A stretch of DNA of 64,000 nucleotides from Deferribacterales bacterium (lineage in GTDB: Bacteria; Chrysiogenota; Deferribacteres; Deferribacterales; Geovibrionaceae), in contig JBFWLW010000003.1 in NCBI GenBank assembly GCA_050251945.1, positions 224,001 to 288,000 of the forward strand, given 5' to 3'. Positions 38,707 through 51,909 of this stretch are shown here, in pieces (positions within the stretch are counted from its first letter, which is position 1; the number at the start of each line of letters is the position of its first letter). The position numbers and the translations under genes were made by a program. The notes under the pieces were generated by a model. That model worked only from the letters and a program-made list of their open reading frames with translations. It was not told the origin of the DNA and did not search any database.

Positions 38707-40029
38707 TTATTTTCCAATGCAAAAGTTATTGAAGATATTGGTAAGAATATCTTCCGTGTATGAAAGCCCCGTGATCTCCGACAGGAGACGCATGGAGCTG
38801 TTAAGTTCATATTCAAAGATGTCAAAATCTATTTCAGGCTCGTCAGACAGCTTTTCAACAGTGTCCAGAATCTTTAAAAAATATCCGCGCTGTCTTGCTG
38901 TAACCATCACAGCCTTGCCAAATCTGTCCGCATCTGCGATACTGACGGCATACCCACACATTTTCATAAGTTCTGTCATGCCGGAACCGTCTTTTACAGA
39001 TACCAGACAATCATACTTAACATCATTAACAAGGAGAGGGCAGTCCGACTTATTAACAACAACCAGCCTCTTAAGCCCTTTCGTGCTTTCAAGGACGCGT
39101 TTATCTTCATCATCAAGAGGGGACGACCCGTCCAAAAGGACAAGAACAAGGTCTGCATCCTTAATAACCTCGCCTGTCCGCTCAATGCCTGCCTTTTCAA
39201 CAGCATCGGAAGTCACGCGAAGCCCGGCAGTGTCTACAAGGCTGACCGGAACACCGTTCAGCACAAAGCTTGATTCAATATAATCCCTCGTAGTACCCGC
39301 AACATCTGAAACTATCGCCCGTTCCTCTTTCAACAGGAAATTCATCAGAGACGATTTCCCTGTATTAGGCTTCCCAGCGATAGCAATACGGTATCCGTCG
39401 CGCATTATCCTGTGACTGTCGTATGATTCCAGTATAGCTGACAATTCCGCTTTCAAAAGCTCAAGGTTTTCAAAGACGATCCTTGCATGGGCATCTTCGA
39501 TGTCCTCTTCAGGAAAGTCTATATGAGCCTCAATGATGGTCAATGCATTAATAAACAGGTCTTTTATATACTCTATCTCTTTACGCATCGACCCTTTAAG
39601 CTGTTCATAGGAATAGTTTATTCCCTGTAAAGTCTTTGAGGAGATCAGTTCTGCAACGGATTCTGCCTGTGTCAGATCCATTTTACCGTTCAGGAAAGCT
39701 CTTTTGGTAAACTCTCCGGGTTCGGCTGTCACAAAACCAAGCTTTTCAAAATCCTTAAAAGCTGATGAGACTATTATAGGATTACCGTGAAAGGATATTT
39801 CTACAACATCCTCTCCTGTGTAAGAATTAGGAGCTTTGAAATATACAGCGAGGACATCGTCGGACACGCCGCCGTTATATTTGAGGTTATAAACATTACG
39901 GGGCTGGATGTTCTTCACATCCGCCCCGTGTAAAAGCTCAAAGACCTCTACGGCTTTATCCCCCGAGATCCGCACGACTATTATCGCTGAAGATATCAGC
40001 GGACTTATCGCCGCATAAATGGTGTCCAT
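38707..40029 (-). CDS. mnmE: tRNA modification GTPase MnmE (TrmE)
   Basis: SYTGEDVVE, GEFTKRAFLNGK, GKPNTGKSS, DTAG motifs; terminal FCIGK. Confidence 0.97.
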   Translation of the reverse strand: MDTIYAAISPLISSAIIVVRISGDKAVEVFELLHGADVKNIQPRNVYNLKYNGGVSDDVLAVYFKAPNSYTGEDVVEISFHGNPIIVSSAFKDFEKLGFVTAEPGEFTKRAFLNGKMDLTQAESVAELISSKTLQGINYSYEQLKGSMRKEIEYIKDLFINALTIIEAHIDFPEEDIEDAHARIVFENLELLKAELSAILESYDSHRIMRDGYRIAIAGKPNTGKSSLMNFLLKEERAIVSDVAGTTRDYIESSFVLNGVPVSLVDTAGLRVTSDAVEKAGIERTGEVIKDADLVLVLLDGSSPLDDEDKRVLESTKGLKRLVVVNKSDCPLLVNDVKYDCLVSVKDGSGMTELMKMCGYAVSIADADRFGKAVMVTARQRGYFLKILDTVEKLSDEPEIDFDIFEYELNSSMRLLSEITGLSYTEDILTNIFNNFCIGK

Positions 40030-40033
40030 ATAA

Positions 40034-40879
40034 TTAGAGTGTAGCCTCAAATGATTTCATAGTGTTCGCAAGGAGCATCGCAATTGTCATGGGACCGACG
40101 CCGCCGGGAACAGGAGTGATGTAGCTTGCTTTTTTAGCCACTTCTTCGTATGCAACGTCACCTACAAGTTTATCATTCACTCTGTTAATGCCCACGTCGA
40201 TAACAACTGCGCCTTCTTTAACGAAATCAGCGGTAACAAACTCAGGTTTGCCGATGGCAGCGACAACGATGTCCGCCTGACGGCAGATTCCTGCGATATC
40301 TTTTGTTTTAGAGTGACAAATGGTCACAGTGCAGTTCGCTTTAATAAGCAGTGACGCCATGGGTTTACCCACGATGTTGCTTCTGCCGATAACAACTGCA
40401 TTTTTGCCGCTTGTCTCAATACCGTATTCCTCGAAGAACTTCATGCAACCGTAAGGAGTACAGGGATAAAGAGTCTCCTCGCCGATATTCATAAGTCCAA
40501 CGTTAAAAGGGTGGAAGCCGTCCACATCCTTTTCAGGTTTTATGGCATAGAGAACTTTGTGTTCGTCTATCTGTTTCGGCAGCGGAAGCTGAACAAGGAT
40601 ACCGTTGATTGTATCGTCGTTGTTATACCCGTTCACCACAGCCAAAAGTTCTTCTGTCGTGGTTTCAGCGGGCATCCTGTTAACAATTGACTTATAGCCT
40701 GCCTCATCACACGCTTTATCCTTCATTCTGACATAGACCTGACTCGCAGGGTCTTCACCCACGAGAACGACGGCAAGTCCGGGAACTCTGCCCGTTTTTG
40801 CCTTATGAGCGTCAACCTTCTGTTTCAGCTCCGCTCTCACCTTCGCTGCCAGTATCTTCCCGTCCATCGATATTGCCAT
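40034..40879 (-). CDS. folD: Methylenetetrahydrofolate dehydrogenase/cyclohydrolase
   Basis: [23 protein letters not shown] and [11 protein letters not shown] motifs. Confidence 0.97.
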   Translation of the reverse strand: MAISMDGKILAAKVRAELKQKVDAHKAKTGRVPGLAVVLVGEDPASQVYVRMKDKACDEAGYKSIVNRMPAETTTEELLAVVNGYNNDDTINGILVQLPLPKQIDEHKVLYAIKPEKDVDGFHPFNVGLMNIGEETLYPCTPYGCMKFFEEYGIETSGKNAVVIGRSNIVGKPMASLLIKANCTVTICHSKTKDIAGICRQADIVVAAIGKPEFVTADFVKEGAVVIDVGINRVNDKLVGDVAYEEVAKKASYITPVPGGVGPMTIAMLLANTMKSFEATL

Positions 40880-43301
40880 TGTCCTGTCCCTCCTTAACAA
40901 CCGCAAAAGATATTATCTCGTTATCATCTTCGATATCCATCAGTTTAACGCCCATTGTGTCGCGTCCCATAGTGGATATGCCGGATACGTCTATTCTTAT
41001 AGTTTTGCCGGATTTTGTTATCAGCATGACCTCATCACCGGGGCAAACCTGTTTCGCACCGCAGACAAAGCCTGTTTTGGAACTTACTCTGCAAAGTTTA
41101 ATGCCTTTGCCGCCTCTTGTCTGAACTCTGTATTCCTCGCGTTCAGTAAGCTTTCCGTATCCTCCGGCTGTTACAGACAGAATATAGGGATCTCCGGTCA
41201 TAATTTCCATAGAAACAACGTAATCTCTAAGATCAAGTGTCATCCCTCTGACTCCGGTTGCGCTTCTGCCCATAGGACGGACGTCTTTTGATGAGAACTG
41301 AATGTTTTTACCGTCTCTGCTGGTAAAGATAACGTGATCTTCATCTGTTGTAATATCCGCGGATATTATTTCGTCGCCGTCACGCATTTTAATAGCTACT
41401 ATGCCGCTTCTTCCGCTTGAAAACTCTGCAAGGCTTGTCTTTTTCGCAACACCGTCTTTGGTAGCGAAGAAGAGGAACTTGCCTTCAACTTCGGTGGGCA
41501 GAGCAAGAACGCTTGCGATTTTCTCATCCGCTTCAAGAGTAAGCAGGTTGGATATGTGTCTTCCTTTCGCCTCTTTAAGAGCTTCGGGAAGGTTATATAC
41601 TTTCAGATAATGCACTTTGCCTGTGTTAGTAAAAAACATAAGGCGGGTGTGGTTACTTGTGACAATTATTCTTTCGATAAAGTCTTCGTCCTTGCTTCCG
41701 GCACCTGTTTTGCCTTTCCCGCCGCGTCTCTGGGAAGTAAAGGAGCTGAGGAGTGTCGACTTTATATAACCCTGATGGGTCATAGTGACAACTTTTTCAG
41801 TGTTGGGGATAAGGTCTTCATCTTCAAAGTCCTGAGCGTCGGCAGTTATTTCAGTGCGTCTTTCATCGCCGTACTTTGTTTTAACCTCGTCCAGTTCTTC
41901 TTTAATAAGCGACATCATAACGTGTCTGTTGCCAAGGATGCTTCTGAAATATTCAATATCTTTCAGTGTGTTGTGATATTCTTCCTGAAGCTTTTCAATT
42001 TCAAGACCCGTCAGTTTCTGCAGTCTCATCTCAAGGATTGACTGAGCCTGAATCTCGGAGAAATCGAATTTTTCACACAGGTTGCGTTTAGCGTCAGGTG
42101 TGTCTTTAGATGACTTGATGGTCTTGATAACTTCGTCGATATTCTCAACAGCTTTTATCAGACCTTCCAATATATGCAGTCTGTCTTCCGCCTTTTTGAG
42201 CAGGAATTTTGTTCTGCGGGTAACAACAGTGACCCTGTGAGCAATGAATTCCTGAAGGATGCGCATAAGAGAAAGCGTATGGGGCTTGCCGTCAACCAGC
42301 GCAACCATGTTGAAACCGAAAGAGGTCTGCATCTGAGTGAATTTATAAAGTCTGTTAAGAACCACGTCAGCGTTTTCACCTTTACGCAGTTCGATAACAA
42401 CCCTGATACCGTCTTTATCGGATTCATCACGCAGGTCTGTGATACCTGTTATTTTTTTATCATGAACAAGTTCCGCTATTTTTTCAATCATAGCAGCTTT
42501 GTTTACCTGATAGGGAATCTCACGAACGATGATAACAGGTTTACCCGTTTTAGTTTCTTCAATGAAAACCCTTGAACGGATGGTTATTGATCCGCGACCT
42601 GTTCTGTATGCGTTGAGGATGTCTTTCTTCCCCATAATGAGACCATAGGTCGGGAAGTCAGGTCCCTTAACGATATTAAGGATATCTTCTTCAGTATAGC
42701 CTTCATTATCAATCATATAATCAAGAGCTGTGATAACTTCCGTTATGTTGTGCGGAGGGATGTTCGTAGCCATACCAACCGCGATCCCGCTTGTACCGTT
42801 AATAAGCAAAGTAGGAACACGAGTGGGCAGAACAGTGGGTTCGTCAAGTGAGCCGTCGTAGTTCGGGGAAAAATCCACCGTGTCTTTATCAAGGTCTGAG
42901 AGCAGTTCATCAGATATTTTTGAAAGCCTGACCTCGGTATACCTCATAGCCGCCGCGCTGTCGCCGTCAACTGATCCGAAGTTACCCTGACCGTCGACAA
43001 GAGGATATCTCAGAGAGAAGTCCTGAGCCATACGAACCAGAGTGTCGTATACTGCGCTGTCGCCGTGCGGGTGATACTTACCGATAACGTCACCGACGAT
43101 ACGCGCTGACTTCTTATATGATTTATTGTATTCAACGCCCATTTCGCTCATAGAATAAAGCACACGGCGGTGAACAGGTTTCAGACCGTCGCGCACGTCC
43201 GGAAGCGCACGTCCGACGATAACGCTCATGGCGTAATCGAGGTAGCTGTTCTTTACGGATTCTTCAACGGTTATTCCGACAATTCTTTTTTTATCTTCCA
43301 T
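40812..43301 (-). CDS. gyrA: DNA gyrase subunit A
   Basis: [17 protein letters not shown] and GyrA-box QRRGGKG. Confidence 0.98.
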   Translation of the reverse strand: MEDKKRIVGITVEESVKNSYLDYAMSVIVGRALPDVRDGLKPVHRRVLYSMSEMGVEYNKSYKKSARIVGDVIGKYHPHGDSAVYDTLVRMAQDFSLRYPLVDGQGNFGSVDGDSAAAMRYTEVRLSKISDELLSDLDKDTVDFSPNYDGSLDEPTVLPTRVPTLLINGTSGIAVGMATNIPPHNITEVITALDYMIDNEGYTEEDILNIVKGPDFPTYGLIMGKKDILNAYRTGRGSITIRSRVFIEETKTGKPVIIVREIPYQVNKAAMIEKIAELVHDKKITGITDLRDESDKDGIRVVIELRKGENADVVLNRLYKFTQMQTSFGFNMVALVDGKPHTLSLMRILQEFIAHRVTVVTRRTKFLLKKAEDRLHILEGLIKAVENIDEVIKTIKSSKDTPDAKRNLCEKFDFSEIQAQSILEMRLQKLTGLEIEKLQEEYHNTLKDIEYFRSILGNRHVMMSLIKEELDEVKTKYGDERRTEITADAQDFEDEDLIPNTEKVVTMTHQGYIKSTLLSSFTSQRRGGKGKTGAGSKDEDFIERIIVTSNHTRLMFFTNTGKVHYLKVYNLPEALKEAKGRHISNLLTLEADEKIASVLALPTEVEGKFLFFATKDGVAKKTSLAEFSSGRSGIVAIKMRDGDEIISADITTDEDHVIFTSRDGKNIQFSSKDVRPMGRSATGVRGMTLDLRDYVVSMEIMTGDPYILSVTAGGYGKLTEREEYRVQTRGGKGIKLCRVSSKTGFVCGAKQVCPGDEVMLITKSGKTIRIDVSGISTMGRDTMGVKLMDIEDDNEIISFAVVKEGQDNGNIDGREDTGSEGESGAETEG

Positions 43302-43309
43302 TAATACAC

Positions 43310-46699
<3,390 letters not shown>

Positions 46700-46700
<1 letters not shown>

Positions 46701-47812
46701 CAGAACCTGTTGATTGAGATCGGAACCACAAGATATTTATATTCACCGCTGTCGGGCAGTATAATCGCCGGGTTTCTGTCCGCGATCATCTTAAGCACAA
46801 AATAGTCAGTGTCAATGTTGTTTATCATTTCCACCATGTGTTTTGAGTTGAAGATGATATCTATCGGATTGCCTGTGTATTCGTAATCTTCGATTGTTTC
46901 GTTACCGGCACCGTATTCAGTTTCAAGGCTGTAAAGCGTGAGGCTTTCATCTTTGAAGGAGAGAACGACGCCGTGTGTCACTTCGCTGGTAATGGCTGAA
47001 ACGCGCTTGATTACATCGAGAAATTCAGAGCGTTTAAGTCTTGCCACAAGAGGAAAATCGTTTGAGAACAGTTTGGTGATACTCTTGATATATTTCTCTA
47101 TAAGTTTTGAATATATCTGAATGGTACCTATTTTAAATATTATCTGCTTTCTGTCTGTATCAATTTCAACGTATTCGTCGTGTTCGAGAATTTTGATGAG
47201 TTCAACAACGGTCTTTCTGGGAATATTTATTATAAATTCATTAGCGTATTCATCGTCAAAAGTTATGCTGCTCGTAGCTATACGCTGAAAGTCTGCTGCG
47301 GAAACTTCGAGCTTGTTGCCGTATACTGCAAGATGCGCTCCTGTGTATTCTATTTTAGAGGCATCAGTTGAGATACAGAAGCTTGTCTTCTTTATGAGAT
47401 CAAGAAGCAGGCTGCTTTTAATTTTGAGGCTGTATTCCGGTGTTATCTCCGCCATTGTCGGGAAGATTTCATGGCTTATGGTTGAGAGTTTGAAATTTGA
47501 TCTTCCGGCGCTGATATTTATCTTTGATCCGTCAAAAAAGAAATCTATGACAGATCCGTCGGGGATTTCCTTTACGATGTCCAGAAGCTTTTTTCCGGAT
47601 ACTGTGGCTATGCCTGTGGTTTCGACGCTTACGTCGAGTTTGCCGGAGAATCCTACCTGCATATCCGTTGCCCGCAGTGTAACTCCGTCCGCTTCTGCTT
47701 CTATGTATATGTTTTGCAGAATAGTATTGAGGTTTTTAGGGCTCGTAAAGTTATTCGCATATTGGATGAAAGGGTATATTTCATCTTTAACCGCCTTAAA
47801 ACGCATACTCAT
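46700..47812 (-). CDS. dnaN: DNA polymerase III beta clamp
   Basis: ATD, 370-aa length, IIFNSKH, YLVVPI end; upstream of recF-gyrB. Confidence 0.92.
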
Positions 47813-48073
47813 TCCTCTTATTCTTATATTTTTTAATAATAGTCGTAGTAATAATAAGCTATTTGGAAATTGTTGACAAGCGATTTACGCTAAATTTGTC
47901 AAGGATTTTTGCTTGTACAGAAATGTTGAAAACATGACAGTGACTTTCAACCGGATCAACACAAAGAAATGTAATACAATTTTCATAAATAAACAATGTG
48001 GATTAAATTAAAACTTGTAAACACAGATAAACAATTTATAATCTGCTAAGATACAACAAAGGGGAGAGTTTTC
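47813..48073. other. Candidate replication origin oriC
   Basis: AT-rich; trio array TAA TAA TAG TCG TAG TAA TAA TAA at 47834-47857 next to tandem box-like 9-mers (47862-47879); further boxes at 47924 and 47997. Confidence 0.65.
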
Positions 48074-48598
48074 ATGGATAATTCCGCTTCGGGCGCGTCG
48101 TTTCATGCGCAGATAGAGTTTGTGTTCATGCACAACGCCAGAACGCGCAAAATACCGCTCATGTTTATAATGAAAAATAAGGAACGATTCAGAGGAAGAG
48201 TTATGGATTTTGACCCATACCATATCCTTCTGGATGACGCCGAGATCAAAATTTTGCTTTCAAAAAACGATATAGCAACTGTTGCCGCTGCAAAGACGGT
48301 TGTGGATATTGATTTCATCTCAAAGATATATTACAGCGCGCATCAGGGCAAACACCCGAAACATACACGTCCGCCCATGCAGGATATATTTCTGAACGAA
48401 GTCCGTAAGTCGCGCTCTCCTATCGTGAGCTTTCTCATAAACGGAGTTAAGATACGCGGCAGCCTCATCGGTTTTGATAACTACACTCTGCTGACCTCTT
48501 TCGAGGGACGCCAGCAGCTTGTCTATAAAAACACTATTTCCACTATATACCCCATCTATCAGACAGGGGAAATTATTAAATATGACGGCGAGAGATAA
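48074..48598 (+). CDS. hfq: Hfq-family RNA chaperone with two tandem Sm domains
   Basis: C-terminal QDIFLNEVRK...FLINGVKIRG...FDNY...QQLVYKNTISTI; a degenerate N-terminal copy has the same spacing. Confidence 0.85.
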   Translation: MDNSASGASFHAQIEFVFMHNARTRKIPLMFIMKNKERFRGRVMDFDPYHILLDDAEIKILLSKNDIATVAAAKTVVDIDFISKIYYSAHQGKHPKHTRPPMQDIFLNEVRKSRSPIVSFLINGVKIRGSLIGFDNYTLLTSFEGRQQLVYKNTISTIYPIYQTGEIIKYDGER

Positions 48599-48963
48599 TG
48601 GATAATCTGAAGATTCTTGTTGTTGACGACGAAGAACACACACGGCTCGGTTATGCCGAGATACTGAAAATGGGCGGCTATGAAGTTGATATGGCTGTTG
48701 ACGGTCTGGACGGGCTTTTTAAGGCTGAAAAAGGATCCTATGACCTGATAGTCACCGACCTGCGTATGCCTAAGCTTAACGGACTTGAATTTATGGAAAA
48801 GATGCAGGAAAGGAATATAGTTGCGAAAGTGATAGTGATCACCGCATTCGGATCATACAAATCTTTCAAAGACTCCGAAAACCTCGGAGCCTGCATATAT
48901 CTGAACAAACCTGTACGCGCCGCCGATCTGGACGCCGCCATAAGCGAGCTTTTCAGGAAATAA
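48598..48963 (+). CDS. Single-domain response regulator
   Basis: VVDDE, VTDLRMP, ITAFG, NKP motifs; TAATG-coupled to hfq. Confidence 0.92.
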   Translation: MDNLKILVVDDEEHTRLGYAEILKMGGYEVDMAVDGLDGLFKAEKGSYDLIVTDLRMPKLNGLEFMEKMQERNIVAKVIVITAFGSYKSFKDSENLGACIYLNKPVRAADLDAAISELFRK

Positions 48964-50689
48964 TCTTCTGCTCACATTCTTTTTGCATATCAATGAACTC
49001 GGCATCCTCGTCAAGGTTTATAACCTCGTGGGTGCCGAATCTTTTTGAAAAATACACCTCAACATCTTTCTCCTGAAAGAACTGAACCGCGTATATCGCC
49101 GGATCGCCGGAAAATGTTTTAAGCCGCTTTTCATACTTCTTCGGCACAGCGGACAGAGCCAGCAGGTCTTCTGCGAGGGTCATGCTGTCCGTAAGAGTGT
49201 AGAATACTATGTTGTCTATGGTGTTGAACCGTTTCTCCGCATAACCTATCACAGACCTTATAAACAGGCGGAATCTGTTAAGGCTGTTCAGTGCGTTCTG
49301 GTCAATGTAAAGGTCGCATCCCTGTTTGCGGTATATGTTGAATCGTTTAAGTCCGTCATGCTTACCGAGCTTAACGGTTATCTCAAGAGGCATGAGATCC
49401 ATAACGTCGGAACGCTCGCGAAGCTGGAGTCTTTTGTCTGTCAGTCCGGTTTTCATAAATATTACAGCAGTGTGGAAAAATACTGTAAAAGATATCGAAT
49501 CCGGCTGATGGAAGTTATCTTTGATCGAAGTTTCAAGCAGATCGTCGCTAAGACCTATCACAGGATTTTTACCGTTGAACTCACTTAAAGTGAGCAGACC
49601 GTCATAACCGGTGTTAGATGATTCAAGCTCGAACAGGTTCCCTTCGTCAAGGAAGTATGCCTTCTCCATGGAATCAAGCGGAATAAGCAGACGTTTACCG
49701 GGTGTCTGGTTTACAAAGCGCATGAACCGCACCATATCTCTATGGTTCTGCATAGGCTGTAAAACTTCTATAAGGAAGGAGCCTATGTGGATGGATGTGT
49801 ATATCACCAGATTGAACATCTCTTTGCCCTCGAAATAGCAGTCGTCAAGCATGATGATAACGCGTTCTATGTCTTTGATGTTTATGTTGTTATAGATGAA
49901 ATCCGAAACAAACTGCTTCTCAAGCAGAGTCTCAAGACGTTCCGAGGTCTTTATCGTACCTTTGGAAGCAATATTCCCTATACCTGCGCTGTAGTGATAG
50001 TATTGAATTCCGTCTGGAAGCTGGATGAGCAGTAGCCCGTCGTTGGAGTATGAGTCGTCCTGAACCATATTCCCGTTTATATGCGAAACTATTTTAATGG
50101 TCTCTTCCTGATGTTTTGCGGATTCTCCCTGAATCTCTTCCTCAATAGGAGGGGTGAAAGCAAATGTTTCATGTGAAACACGTTCTTCAGGGACATCATC
50201 AAGGACAGTTTCATCGACAATAAGCTCAGGCTCATAGTTTTCAGGCACTTTTACGGGTTCCTTAACGGAGGCTTCCGATTGGCTTATGAACATGTCGGAG
50301 TGGAGGAAGGGTTTAAATTCATTCTCTTCCACCTCACCGGATTTTTTAACGATCTTCATGCTGATGATGCCGGGGTTAACGTTTTCGCGTTTAGTAGGTT
50401 CCTGTGTGTCCACCTTAATGTCAGACTTGACTGAATACTGGCATGCCAGGCGAATACCTGAATCGAGGCTTGTTTCGGCGAGAACAAGACGTTCTTTTTT
50501 TGTGGGTTTATTGACGTCGGGACCTGTGATCTTCACCTTGCATTTTCCGCACTGGCTGCTGCCGTCGCAGAGCATTTTATCAATAAGGTCGTGTTCGCGC
50601 AGAACCTTATAAAGATTTGAACCGTGTTTGACCTCAAGAACTATGTTTTTATTTACTATTGTTATTTTATACTTGCTGGTAAAAAACAT
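48953..50689 (-). CDS. 2Fe-2S-domain protein with degenerate ASKHA/RACo-like remainder
   Basis: CDGSSQCGKC...RLACQ N-terminus, acidic linker, weak C-terminal similarity. Confidence 0.7.
   Translation of the reverse strand: MFFTSKYKITIVNKNIVLEVKHGSNLYKVLREHDLIDKMLCDGSSQCGKCKVKITGPDVNKPTKKERLVLAETSLDSGIRLACQYSVKSDIKVDTQEPTKRENVNPGIISMKIVKKSGEVEENEFKPFLHSDMFISQSEASVKEPVKVPENYEPELIVDETVLDDVPEERVSHETFAFTPPIEEEIQGESAKHQEETIKIVSHINGNMVQDDSYSNDGLLLIQLPDGIQYYHYSAGIGNIASKGTIKTSERLETLLEKQFVSDFIYNNINIKDIERVIIMLDDCYFEGKEMFNLVIYTSIHIGSFLIEVLQPMQNHRDMVRFMRFVNQTPGKRLLIPLDSMEKAYFLDEGNLFELESSNTGYDGLLTLSEFNGKNPVIGLSDDLLETSIKDNFHQPDSISFTVFFHTAVIFMKTGLTDKRLQLRERSDVMDLMPLEITVKLGKHDGLKRFNIYRKQGCDLYIDQNALNSLNRFRLFIRSVIGYAEKRFNTIDNIVFYTLTDSMTLAEDLLALSAVPKKYEKRLKTFSGDPAIYAVQFFQEKDVEVYFSKRFGTHEVINLDEDAEFIDMQKECEQKIIS
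50165..50180. promoter_or_regulatory. parS site (1 mismatch) inside a CDS
   Basis: TGTTTCATGTGAAACA, encoding VSHET in the linker. Confidence 0.7.
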
Positions 50690-50742
50690 ATAAACCCCCG
50701 GATTTATAGACTAAATCGGAAAAAAAGCGAAGTCCTGAACAG

Positions 50743-51909
50743 CTACAGCTGAATTTTATCAGAAATATGCTGATATATTCTCAGGTCAAACTCAGGAGTG
50801 ATCGCGGTTAAGTGGTCAAAAATATCAGCCTGAACATCTTCATAGAAACCCCAGTCAGTATCACACACGAAAGCGTAAATTTCAATGGGGAGTCCGTCGG
50901 GCGTTGGCGGCATCTGCCGGACAAGGAGCGTCATCCCTTTATGTATACTTTTATTATGCTGGAGATAGCTTTTTATGTATACTCTGAAAGTGCCTATATT
51001 GGTGAGTCTGCGTTTATTGATATCTGTTCCGGTAGGGTCGATGTCTTCATTAAGCTTTGAATCGAGATAGTTTTTAATAAGAGTGAAGTTCTTAAGCTTT
51101 TCTATGTCTTCAGGCGTGAGGAATTTGATGCTGGACTGGTCTATTGTGATAGTTCTCTTTATCCTTCTTCCGCCGGATTCCTGCATCCCGCGCCAGTTTT
51201 TAAAAGAGCCTTCAATAAGTTTGCTGGTGGGGACGGTCACAGTTGTTTTGTCAAAGTTTTCAACCTTTATTGTATAAAGGGCGATATCCTGAACAACGCC
51301 GTCGACACCGTATGCGGGAATTTCTATCCAGTCGCCTTTGTGTACAAGATCGTTGAACATTATCTGCACACCTGCTATGAAGGACATTATGGTGTCTTTG
51401 AATATCAACATTAGCAAGGCGGTCATAGCACCCAATCCGCTGAGTATGCCCAGCGGTGATTTGCCTATTACCATGCATACGGAGATTATCACCCCGAGGA
51501 ATCCCGCCGCCACCTGAATCATCTGGATATAGCCTTTAATTGGTCTGCGGACGGAAACCTCAAAAGTGTTGTATATGTTTATTATAACAGTCAGCAGTCT
51601 GACTATGAATATAGTTATGTTTACGGCTATGTACGCGGAAATTATCTGCGTAATGTGCTTCGGCAGGCTGATAATGTCCGATGAGTAGATGAACACCAGC
51701 GCAGGAGCAATGAAGGCAAGCTGTGAGAAGATATTAGACTCAATGAGCATATCGTCATAGTTGTTCTCGGTTTTTTCAAAATACTTGTGGATATATCTTA
51801 CAATAACTTTTTTGACGATAAAGTAACTTAAGATCGCGACAAGTATTACCGCAAGATACTCAGAGGATTCCAGAAAGAAATCCAGCACTCGTTTTAAAAA
51901 CGGATTCAT
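50743..51909 (-). CDS. MscS-family mechanosensitive channel (YbdG-like)
   Basis: GLGAMTA, GDWIEIP, NFDKT, FKNWRGMQESGGRRIKR and TNIGTFR motifs. Confidence 0.93.
   Translation of the reverse strand: MNPFLKRVLDFFLESSEYLAVILVAILSYFIVKKVIVRYIHKYFEKTENNYDDMLIESNIFSQLAFIAPALVFIYSSDIISLPKHITQIISAYIAVNITIFIVRLLTVIINIYNTFEVSVRRPIKGYIQMIQVAAGFLGVIISVCMVIGKSPLGILSGLGAMTALLMLIFKDTIMSFIAGVQIMFNDLVHKGDWIEIPAYGVDGVVQDIALYTIKVENFDKTTVTVPTSKLIEGSFKNWRGMQESGGRRIKRTITIDQSSIKFLTPEDIEKLKNFTLIKNYLDSKLNEDIDPTGTDINKRRLTNIGTFRVYIKSYLQHNKSIHKGMTLLVRQMPPTPDGLPIEIYAFVCDTDWGFYEDVQADIFDHLTAITPEFDLRIYQHISDKIQL

Noticed and set aside
38675..39283. 202-aa ORF starting MFHVKH
   Set aside because: Antisense to mnmE; MFHVKH is simply the translation of parS
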